NCBI RefSeq assembly: GCF_009914755.1
Contig: NC_060925.1
Strand: one strand, 5' to 3'
Length of the DNA stretch: 64,000 nucleotides
Origin: the human T2T-CHM13v2.0 reference genome, Homo sapiens
Part shown: piece after piece, positions 1-54,439 of the stretch
Position numbering within the stretch: the stretch's first letter is position 1
How the letters are laid out: every line of letters begins with the position of its first letter
Program-made: the position numbers and the translations under genes
The notes under the pieces: generated by a model
Databases searched by the model: none
Seen by the model: the letters and a program-made list of their open reading frames with translations, nothing else
Told to the model about the DNA's origin: nothing

Positions 1-1952
<1,952 letters not shown>

Positions 1953-2572
1953 AATATACTTTCTACATCTTTAGTGCTTCTAAGAAGTAAGATAGATTTG
2001 GAGGTATGTGCTGATCCTGAGGACAAGTGGAAAATATTTACATGTAGTTTAAAGTTACATGTAGTTTAAAGCTATAAAAACAATACCTTCTGAACTAGGA
2101 CTCTAGTCACCTTGGAATTTCTATTCCAAAAGTGGAGTTAAGCTGAGAATTTCCTAAAATTTTACTAAGGGCCTAGGACACCCTTCACTGTGGATCCCCT
2201 TTTTCCTGCACTTCTGTGGAAATCTAGCTTTATTTTCTGCACACTTTTTTCCTTAACCTTAATCTGGTAGAGAAAAGTCGGAAGACGCCTCTTTTCTTGG
2301 CTTTCTATTGGACCCACCTCTTTTACCCTATATCAAAGGCCTATTTGGCCACAAGTATCAGAATCTTATAACCTGACACATTATGACCAATCTGGTCCCT
2401 GAGAGGCAGTATGGCATAGCATAAACAACAAGGGCTTTGCATTCAGATAGACTGGGGGCTTTACTTCTTTGAGAATCATTTTCCTGTTTTAAAGGGAGTA
2501 TACTTGACATAGTTGTTTTAGGAATTAGGTGAAATAGTGAAGGCATAGCACTGGGTGTTCAGTAGTAGTCTA

Positions 2573-3375
<803 letters not shown>

Positions 3376-4492
3376 TAGATGTTTCCTAGGCTGACTAATG
3401 GATTAAAATTCCCCAATACTGAGGCATATGCTAGTCACAAGTCCGAAGTTGTAGAAGAACCAGTAACTCATGAATTGGCCTTAGCTTGCTCTTGCACTTG
3501 CTTACTTGCTTGCTTGCTTCTTACAGAGGGCGGATGGAATAACTCAACATTCCTTCCTTCCTCCACTGCAACACAAGTTACATAGGTGATGATGTGGTAG
3601 TTGATTGATCGGCATCCCCTCAGCACCCAGCTCACTGCATTGCACACAGTAAGCAGTTAGTAAATGAGAGCATCAAATCAATACCGTGATTGGTACATAC
3701 TTGATTCAATAATTATTGGGCACCTACCATTTTGTTGCCTGCAATACACCTTTCCCCTTTTGGTGCAGAGGCATGAGAAGAATTCTGCCTGTTGCCACCC
3801 TTTCTGAATGCCATTTAAAAATTCTTAACTACCTTCTCCAAACCACACACACACAAGTTATCTTCCTCTCCCACACTCTTGTCTCTTTCTCTTTGTATTT
3901 CAGGGTGTCTACCAGAAGATGGACCCAAGATCCATGGAGGCTCCTGTGACTCAGATCAACTGCCCTGCCCGGGAAACCTGGTCTCTCCGGAAACCTTGAT
4001 TAAACTGCTTTTTCTGACACCTCTTCCTCTACAACCCTTGATTCTATCACCATTGAAACTTCAGAACCAACTCTAACCATCCCCACCTCCAGGTGAGGGG
4101 ACTAATGAGAATTACTGACAGCCTGATGGCTACCCCCAAGTCAGTTTCCCTTCATACTTTACTACAAATCTGACCATGTTCCCATATTTACTGAGTAAAT
4201 TTGATGAAATTTACCTAGTCCTGTGTCCTAGATGTATCAGGGAGAGGGAAGAGAAAGGATAAAGGAAGTTGAGAGCTGGGATAGGAATTAGAGGCAAAGG
4301 GCTTATGTAGGGAGCAGAGAGCTAAAATTCTAGTCAGGCACCTCTTTCTGAGGTGATGGGGGAGTATACTGGGAGCAAACTCTTCTAGAGAAAGCATGGT
4401 GTGGTAAAAGAGAACCAAGCTTGGATTCAGAAATCACCATCAGCACTTGCTGTTTGACCTTAAATTCCTCATCTGTAAGATTAAAAGGTCTC

Positions 4493-5790
<1,298 letters not shown>

Positions 5791-6019
5791 AAATAAATAT
5801 GAGAAGTTAAATAATTTTCCCAAAATTACATAGTTAATGGCAGATCCAGAATTTACACTAGGTCTGTCTGGTTCCCCAGTCTATGCTCTTAAGTTTTGCT
5901 ACTTGCTGTAAGGACCACGTAAAATAAAATGTATAGTTAAAGGGAAATTACTACCATTTCCTGTCTGGTTTTCTCCCACTCTCGCCCTCAAAAGTTCACC
6001 TGCCCTTGTCCTCAAAGCC

Positions 6020-6300
6020 ACAGGACGCCTAATTGCTATTTTTGGGTTTCAGCTGAAACGCCACGGGTCTGGGGGATAGCGAGGGTGTGTTACATTTTCG
6101 GTCTTCCGGTCAGCCGGAACCACTCACACCGCTGCTGGTGCTGTGTAGGGTGTACCTCTTCGGAGTTCCTGGAGGTGGTGCCAGACTAGAGTGGCAGCTG
6201 TAGTAACCAATAGACACGGACTTTGTTGGACCAGAAGCCAATGAAGAATTACGTGGAGGAGAAGCGGCGATAATCTGTTTGAGGATGTAGGCACTGGTGT
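6020..6300 (+). promoter_or_regulatory. TARS2 TATA-less promoter
   Basis: Local CpG enrichment; inverted ETS cores TTCCGG-tcag-CCGGAA (6104-6119); two CCAAT boxes (about 6207 and 6238) just upstream of exon 1. Confidence 0.75.
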
Positions 6301-6308
6301 GAAGGAAC

Positions 6309-25904
<19,596 letters not shown>

Positions 25905-26118
25905 GCCTTTGTACATAGATGAGGCAAAAACCTGCGAGTGCCATCAGCCTCCCTCACATGGGAGACCCCAACCCAGCTGACAATGTGGAGCCCCCAGAAC
26001 TTCAGAACTGTGTGGAGGCACATGTCTGCTCTCCTGAAAAGAGACTTGGTTTGGGGACCCCACAAAAGGAGGGAAGCTGTAGCTGTTTGGATGTGAGGAG
26101 AATGAAACTACAAAAAAA

Positions 26119-26431
<313 letters not shown>

Positions 26432-26864
26432 ACAAACTGGAAGCTGCTGGTCATATGTCTTCATCTCTGACTCTGGAGAGGTGGGATAAAAGGATGTTCC
26501 ACTTTGTCTCCCTCTTTTTTGTCCCAGAGAGTTAGGGAAATTGAAAAGGGACAGTCCAGACCTCACACTGGTAGGGGAGATCCCTTGGATAGGTTTCCTG
26601 CTCCCCGCTGTAAACTCCTTTGTGCCCTGTTTCCCCAACCCCAGTTCATGAGTTGGCAGATCCCCTCTCCACAGAAGGCAGCCTGTAGATGGAGAAACTG
26701 AGGCACAAACTAGGGGCTCAAACACCTCTTGCTCCTTGATTCTCTGAATCAGTTTCTCTTGAAGGTCATAAGAATGTTCTCCTCTAATCAGTCCCATTCT
26801 TCTCAATCCTCTGAGGAGGCTTCAGGGTGACTTTGGGAGGAGTGGCTTCCAGAGGAGGAGCAGC

Positions 26865-26960
26865 TGGGACTGAGTCATGGCAGGAAGCTGAGGAGGGCGG
26901 GAGATCACACCAGACAATTATAAAAGAAGAGCTGGTCCTGAAGCTCACAACCGTAACAGC
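26865..26960 (+). promoter_or_regulatory. ECM1 core promoter
   Basis: AP-1 TGAGTCA 26871-26877, ETS-like CAGGAAG 26881-26887, GC box GGGCGG 26895-26900, TATAAAA 26919-26925, about 125 nt before the ATG. Confidence 0.88.
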
Positions 26961-27049
26961 CACCAGACAAGCTTCAGTGGCCGGCCCTTCACATCCAGAC
27001 TTGCCTGAGAGGACCCACCTCTGAGTGTCCAGTGGTCAGTTGCCCCAGG

Positions 27050-32305
<5,256 letters not shown>

Positions 32306-32376
32306 GTCACCCCAGAGCCCTAGAGGGTCAGATGGGGGGAACCCCACCCTGCCCCACCCATCTGAACACTCATTAC

Positions 32377-32382
32377 ACTAAA
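32377..32382 (+). terminator. ECM1 variant poly(A) signal ACTAAA
   Basis: The only PAS-like hexamer I found in the short 3' UTR, followed by GU/U-rich sequence (ttggatttggtgtcctcattgtct). Confidence 0.65.
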
Positions 32383-32414
32383 CACCTCTTGGATTTGGTG
32401 TCCTCATTGTCTAT

Positions 32415-33493
32415 CTAATGTCTCACCCGCAGTGTTTTAAGTGGATCTTGGTGCCCTGGCCCAGGAGGGCACTGGCGTTTTCAGACACACCACAGACAAA
32501 CACACCCTCCTAAGCCTGCTTGTATTTCCTTCAGTGCCTGGCCCCTGAGGCCCACGGCCCTGCCCCCTTCACTGAGCAGATGTTCACAGGCTGTGGGATG
32601 CGACCATAACTAAACAGCTTGACGTCACTTTGCCATCTTGAATTTATTCACATATTTTGAAAGGAGTGCCACCTTGTTAGCTAGCTATCAGGACTCAAAG
32701 AAGATATGGTTCTTGGCCTTGGTGAGCCCCCAAAATGCCACAGCCCAGCCTAACATTTTTAAAGCTTCACTTTTGATCCTTAGAATTCATGCCTTCATTC
32801 ATTCAATATCCTTTTTTTTTTTTTCTTGAGACACAGTCTCGCTCTATCGCCCAGGCTGAAGTGCAGTGGCACGATCTTGGCTCACTGCAACTTGCAACCC
32901 TCCTGGGTTCAAGCGATTCTCCTGCCTCAGCCTCCCGAGTAGCTGGGATTACAGGCGTGCACCAGCACACCCAGCTAATTTTTGTATTTTTAGTAGAGAC
33001 GGGTTTTCACCATGTTGGCCAGGCTCCCAAAGTGCTGGGATTACAGGCGTGAGCCACTGTGCCTGGCCAATATCCATTTATTGAACCCCTATCTATGCAC
33101 ACTCTGCTAGACTTGGGGATACACATCCAGAACACACACAGCCCCTGCCCTGAGGTTGTTCACTGTCCCTGAGCCTAGCAGGTGTGACAAGTGTTGTGGT
33201 ACAGGGCCCCCAGCGTGCTCTGAGCATGACAGGAACGTCCCGAGGTGGGAGTGGGGCTGGGGGCAGCACAGGTGCACAGGAGGGGCGTTGAGGTCAGAGT
33301 TTCTCCAGTAAAGAAGTAGAGGGTGTGAGCGGGCAGAGTGCGCACAAGGGTCAAGGCTGAAAGGACCTGACTCTTTGGTGGCCTTCCTCTCTGATATGGC
33401 TGGAATGATAAGCAGGAGCTCATCACTAATGCCTCACCCGCAGGGTTTTAAGTGGATCTTGGTGCCCTGGCCCAGGGGGCACTGGCGTTTTCA
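32415..33493 (+). repeat. Dispersed direct repeat of about 69 bp (32415-32483 and 33426-33493)
   Basis: Copies differ by 2 substitutions and 1 indel. Confidence 0.95.
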
Positions 33494-33650
33494 AGCGGAG
33501 GATGTGTTCCAATTTGCCTTTTAAGAATGTCTAGGCCGGACGCACTGGCTCACGCTGTAATCCCAGCATTTTGGAAGGCCGAGGCGGGCGGATCACTTGA
33601 GGTTAGGAGTTCGAGATCAGCCCGACCAACATGGTGAAACCCCATCTTTA

Positions 33651-36871
<3,221 letters not shown>

Positions 36872-37226
36872 CCTAGATATCACAAATTCAGCTTCAAAAA
36901 TGAATTCTTCTAGGTATATGGAAAGATGTGAAGAAGAAAATATAGCAATAAGTTAGGTGGTAGGTATATGGTTGTTTACTGTACAATCTGTCAGTTTTTC
37001 TGTATTTTTGAAATTTTTCATGATAAAATATTAAGAAAAAAGTAGTGGGCCCATCCTCTTTACCCTCCAACTATTCTTCTTCCCATGTGCCCTATTTCAA
37101 TAAATAGAACAACTGTTTAGTCAGTTGTTTAGGCCAGAGAATATCAGAGTTGTTAGGCCTGGGAATATCATTCTTCAGTTTCTCTCCTTTTTCCTTGTAG
37201 TCTAATCAGTCACCAAGTCTCTCTCT

Positions 37227-42572
<5,346 letters not shown>

Positions 42573-42574
<2 letters not shown>

Positions 42575-42990
42575 TAGTGGGCTGAATAATGGCCCCAAAG
42601 ATTTCCAGGTCCTACTCCCTGGAAACCGTGAATTTTATTTTACAAGGCAGAAGGAACTTTGCAGATACAGCCAAGGGTATGGATCTTGAGATGGGAGCTT
42701 ATCCAGAATTATCTGCGCAGACTCTAAATGGCATCACAAAGTAGGCAGAATGCGATTTGACAAGAGAAGAGAAGGAATTTGACTGTGGAAGCAGAGATCA
42801 AGGTGATTGATGTGGGCAGCCACCATTAACAGGAAGAAACAAGCAAAAGAATCTTTCTCCCCCAGAGCCTCCGGAAGGAACCAGTCCTGATGACACTTTG
42901 ACTTTAGCCCCATAAGACTCATTTTGGACATTTGGCCTCTGGAACTATAAGAGAATAAATGACTGTTGTTTTACGCTGCTAGATTTGTTT
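42573..42990 (+). mobile_element. MaLR LTR (MLT1C/MLT1D-like)
   Basis: tgtagtgggctgaataatggcccc, ggaactttgcagat, ctagagcctccggaagga-like segment, gaactataagagaataaat. Confidence 0.8.
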
Positions 42991-42999
42991 TTTAATTTT

Positions 43000-46760
<3,761 letters not shown>

Positions 46761-47443
46761 GTTTTCATTGGTAGGAGGACTTGCTTGAATTATCTAGTCA
46801 TATATATGCAGAATTGGTGGTCCCATTGACCCTCAAGTGAGGCATCCAATAGGCAGCAAATATTTTCAGGGAAGGTGGGGTCCTCGCTGTATTATGGAAG
46901 AAATCATGATTGGTCTAAGTCAATCATGGTAACCCTCTTCCTCTTCGCCTATCCGGGGTGGGCATATGACCCAGGTTTCACCAAAAAGACACAAGAGGAA
47001 GACTCCAGGGAACTTGTGGATGAATTTTTGTGCCCTTATAAAAGAGAGCTGTTGAGGAACCAGAGCCCTTTCTCTTTTTTTTTGCATTGGGATGATGTTA
47101 TATAAGGAAGGCACAGTTGATTCTGTGGCAACATCTTATAACTGAGAGAGAAGTGAAGAAAATTGCAAAGATGTCAACTCCTGCTTCTTGATATTGTGAA
47201 GCCTCTTAAAAACTTTGGAACTTTTTGCTTCTGGGCTTCTTGAGGAAACAGTCAACATCCTTATGGTTTTGCTGTTAGTCAGGTTTTCTGTTATGTGTAG
47301 GCCAAAGCATTCCTAGCCGACATGTCATCCCTGAAGTCTCAGCTTTAAATGTCATTCCTCAGGGAGACCTTCCTGAAACCCCCAGATCAACACATTCTGT
47401 AACACTCCCCACTGTCCCTGAGTGGTCCTCATCACACTTGTAA

Positions 47444-47668
<225 letters not shown>

Positions 47669-47889
47669 TAGCCAGGATGGTCTCAATCTCCTGACCTCTT
47701 GATCCGTCTGCTTCGGCCTCCCAAAGTGCTGGGATTACAGGCGTGAGCCACTGCGCCTGGCACTTGTAATTATTAATATTTATTGAATGATGGTCTTTGT
47801 CTCAGGGCTATTTGCTCCACCAGAGCAGAGACTATGACAGGCATCCCAGAGCCTAGCCCAATGACAGGCACAGGAGCCACTAAATAAAT

Positions 47890-47925
<36 letters not shown>

Positions 47926-48406
47926 AAGGATCTAGAGCACAGGTGGAGGGAGAAGCAGGATAAATCCGTGAAAGGTGTGAATTGAAATATGTGCAGCTGG
48001 GCTTCTGCTATCACATGGAAACTTTAAAGCTTAATGAATCATTAAAGAAGGGTTGGAATGACCATTGTGGGAACGGGGTGTGAGTGTTTATCTGGTACAG
48101 TAAGAGCTGCCAAGTAGTGTTAAAGGCCCAGCTGGGATTAGAAACCATACGTGTGCATTGGCAGAAACCAGCAGAATTAGAAGATTTCCTCCAGCAGCGT
48201 TCAGCCATCTGAGTGTGGGAGAGAAGCTGGGTAATTAGGTCAGCCCCAAAATGGGGGCTTGGTGGGCAGGCTGCTGCCTTTTGTTCCTTTCTCAGATGAA
48301 GTAAATGAAAATAGATGTGGAATTTTGTTTTCCTTGTCCCCAAAATGAAACCTTGTAGAACTCAAAGGCTTGCCCTTTGGCCCTAGACTGGAGCCAAAAA
48401 GGCTGA

Positions 48407-48760
<354 letters not shown>

Positions 48761-49019
48761 TGAGCCACCGCGCCCAGCCTGTGAATTTCTTAAAGTATGC
48801 AAAATGCGGTGTGTCTGTGTGTGTGCATTTTTCTGGGGCGAGTATCTGTAGCTTACATCAAATTCTTTAAAGGGTGATCCAGAAAGACAAGAGCCCCTAA
48901 CTTGGGTCAGCTCTTGGATCCACTGCTGTGGATCAGGGCCTGACTGATGGGCAGTTACATCCCTGCCTATTGACAAGGGGCAGTGTGGCACAGAGGTAGA
49001 TGTGCAGGGGCCTGGACTG

Positions 49020-49430
49020 CACCACCTCAGGGAAGCTACTTAGCTCCTCAGTTTTCTCTTCTGTAAAATGGGAATGATAATCCCAGTTCCTTATTTCAGA
49101 GGGCTGTGAAGATTAAGTTAGATAATACATGCAAATGCTGAGGCCATGCTGGGTACTTAGTAACGGCTGGGTACTTACTAATAGGACGCACATTTAAGAA
49201 CAAAGACTTTGAATCGGGAGGCAGCAGCTGGGGGAGCACAGTTACAGACAATTTTTTTGCTAAGCACAACATCTGATCATTCTCTCCCCTCTGATACTGT
49301 GTGGTCCCATGCAGGTTCCTTAATCACTGCCTCAGTTTCCTTATCTGTAAAATGGAGATGATAACAGTAACTGCCTCATGGTTTGCAGGGACTCTCTGAG
49401 GCCGGTGCTCACTAAGTGCTGGTTATTATT
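49020..49430. mobile_element. Two MIR core fragments
   Basis: ctcagttttctcttctgtaaaatggg and gcctcagtttccttatctgtaaaatggagatgataacagta. Confidence 0.8.
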
Positions 49431-49999
49431 GCGATTTTTACTGCCCAGGGCCCAAATTCAGGCTCCTCATCTTGATAAGAAAGGCTCTTCCCACCAGGCC
49501 TTGCCCCGCACTGAAGCCGTCACAACCCAGCAGGCACCTTCACACTGTCTCCAGTGTCCAGTGGCTCTACGGGCCGAAGCACTGAGCACAGAAGAGAGCG
49601 AGTGACCAAACGGAGGCCCGCAACACCCGCGCCCTTCCTCAGAGTATTCCCTTCCAAGAGTGCCCTCGCCCTTCCCTTCCCAATTTCCATCTATAGATAT
49701 CCAGCTTTTGGTTCAAAGCGGAACTCCAGAAACCACACTGTCCATAACGCCTTCCTAATTCCTCTCATCAGAAGCCCCTGTTCTGAGCCAGTCATGTGGC
49801 ATATGCAGTTCTCAGGAACAACACACCTCAGTTCCCTAACTGCACTGCAGCCTCTGGGGACAGGCCTGGCCCCATCCTGTTCTTTTTACCACATCTGTCA
49901 CCATCTTTGCACAGAGAATACCTTTGGTAGAGAGCTCTTGAACAAAGGAAATGAAATACTCAATGATTCCACTATTCCAAGGCATTCACACATCTAAGG

Positions 50000-51272
<1,273 letters not shown>

Positions 51273-51529
51273 TGAGGTAAGGCTGGAGAAGCCAATTGAC
51301 TCAGATGAAATACCCCAGGCATAAAATCACAAAAGAGTTTTTGTTAGATGCTGGTTGGGAGGGAGTGGCTCCAGAGATCTGGGAAAAGAGCAGGCCGGCC
51401 GGCAATAGAGACATGAGGGAAAGGCAGGAACTTTGCCTAGAATGGGGGCCAGGGGTTGCCAGCACCCGCCTTGGTGGGACAGAGAATTGAGTCAAGATTC
51501 TTATCTCACCTCCACTATGATCCTTTTTT

Positions 51530-52050
51530 CATTCCACAGATATTCACTGAGTGCATAGTGTGTGCGCCAGGCCCTGTTCTGGGAGATGACAGGCAAGGCC
51601 ACTGACTTCGTGGAGCTCGCCCCCTAACGGTGAAGACAAACAGTGACTGACTAAGGAAAAAAAAAAAAGGTAATTTCAGAAGTGGCAAGTGCCCTGAGCA
51701 AAATAAACTAAGATGGTGCAACAGAGAAAAAGGGTGCTGGGGGGTGGGGACACATGCCCCTTTCTAATGCTGCTTCTTGGAGGAAGGTATCTGTGCTGAC
51801 ACCCTAGCAGCCAGGAGCCAGCAGTGCAACTAGAGAGGAAGAGCTTTTCCAGGCATGGGGAACAGCTTCGGCAAAGACCCTGAGGTGGCCCAGGATTGAC
51901 ATGTCCAATAAAGAACAGAGAGGCCAGTGTGGCCAGAGTAGCAGTAATAGCGTTGGGATGAGGCCAGGGAGGAGGCTCACGCCTGGCCAGGCATGAAGGG
52001 CCTTCTTGGCCATGTCAAGAGTTTAGATTTCATTTTATTCAAAAAGGCAC
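51530..52050 (-). mobile_element. L2 fragment
   Basis: ttcattccacagatattcactgagtgc...tgtgcgccaggccctgttct and later L2-like text. Confidence 0.7.
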
Positions 52051-52298
52051 TGAATGGCTAGCCTGCCTCAGCCGTTTTTTCAGGGCCTTAGAAGAGCTGC
52101 TTTGCCAAGCTCCTGTCAGGATTGCAGCAGAGGGCACCCGTGGGTGTTGAGGGACGGCCTTGAGGGGATGGAGTATAGATCAGCCTCACTGCTGTAAGCC
52201 ACAACTGAACCCCTTGCTGAGTAGGGCAAGATGGGCCACATCGAGTGTGGAAACTCCGAAACTCTATGCTAAATGTTTTTTGTGTATACCTATCTTAG

Positions 52299-52442
<144 letters not shown>

Positions 52443-52449
52443 TGAGTAG

Positions 52450-52635
<186 letters not shown>

Positions 52636-53463
52636 TAACTCCTAAGCACTAAGAACCCAGAGCTTTTATCAGCCTCTCAGCAGAGTCTCTGTGACCAAAA
52701 AAGATAGAAAAAGGTGAATAATGACACCTGTGCTTCCATATGCATGGGGTATTTTAATAAGGATGTTCAGATGTGGCCTTGGAGGAGGAGAGAGGGAGGC
52801 TGGAAGAAGGAGACGTGTCGTGGATCCTGTGTGTGCTTTACCTGTTTTTAAAATCTGGCGTAAAGGACTAACACTGTGGACAAGGATGGCGTGGGGAGAA
52901 AGGTGCTGAAGTCTCGGCATGGCAGGAACCTGCAGGGAGGCCCTTCCCATCCTTAACTCAGCCTTCTGGGCCAGGGTGGGGCAGTGACAAACCCACGGTC
53001 AGATCCTAACCCAGGTGGCCCCACCCCGCCCCTAACCTGTGCTCACATGCCTCAACTCTGAGGAGCTGGTCCTGGAGAGGTGGGGTGCAGGAGGGCGGCA
53101 CCTCCCCTGAGCCCAAGGAGGCTGCAGCTGCCCTGCAGGTGTGGGCTGCACTGCTCTGCAAGAGACTCCCTGGAGAGGGATGCCCTTTGTCCAGGCCACT
53201 GAAGCCGCTGTCGTCCTCTGAGCATGCCCCAAGCTCTTCTGAGCCCCGCACCTTCATAGAAAGAGGCACCTGGCTGGCCCCAACAGGATCGCTTTGCTCA
53301 GACCTGAGTTCTTATGAAGGGTTCAGTCCCAAAGTCTTGGTTGGTCATTTTGCTTTCAGTCAAAGTTCACCTCACTATGCCTGGTATCTGTGCCCCCCCA
53401 GCCCCCACTCAGGAGATGGAGGCTGAGATAGAAATGTGCTCTCTAGCCTGGCACAGTGGCTCA

Positions 53464-53753
<290 letters not shown>

Positions 53754-54127
53754 CTAACTCTCTCCAGAATCTTGGCTGGAATTGACTTTGCCTCCCCACA
53801 AATAGGCTCTGGCCTGGCCTTCAGGACCCACCTGTTCTCAGCAATCAGCCAGCCCCTCCTGGTGTTCAGATCCCCAGTAATCTGGGTCCACGAGCCGGGG
53901 AACAGAGTTGACTGGTGATGACAGGTCCCTGGCAGGATGCAAAGCGGCTGAGGGCCTCCTGGGCCAGCACTTGGGTAAACCAAAGTGCTGCTCTCCTCTG
54001 CTTGAGAACAATTGGGACTGTTGCATAGCTTCCTCCTGAGGCCTTCGAAATGGCTTCCTCTGAGGGATAAGAGCACAGTCACCCAAACTTGTGTTGACAA
54101 ACAGTATTTTTATGCCAAATCTTCTAA

Positions 54128-54439
<312 letters not shown>

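Noticed and set aside
4202-4210. TGATGAAAT (ATF4 / C/EBP amino-acid response element) 2 kb upstream of TARS2
   Set aside because: Several matches to this degenerate 9-mer are expected by chance in 64 kb and there is no supporting context
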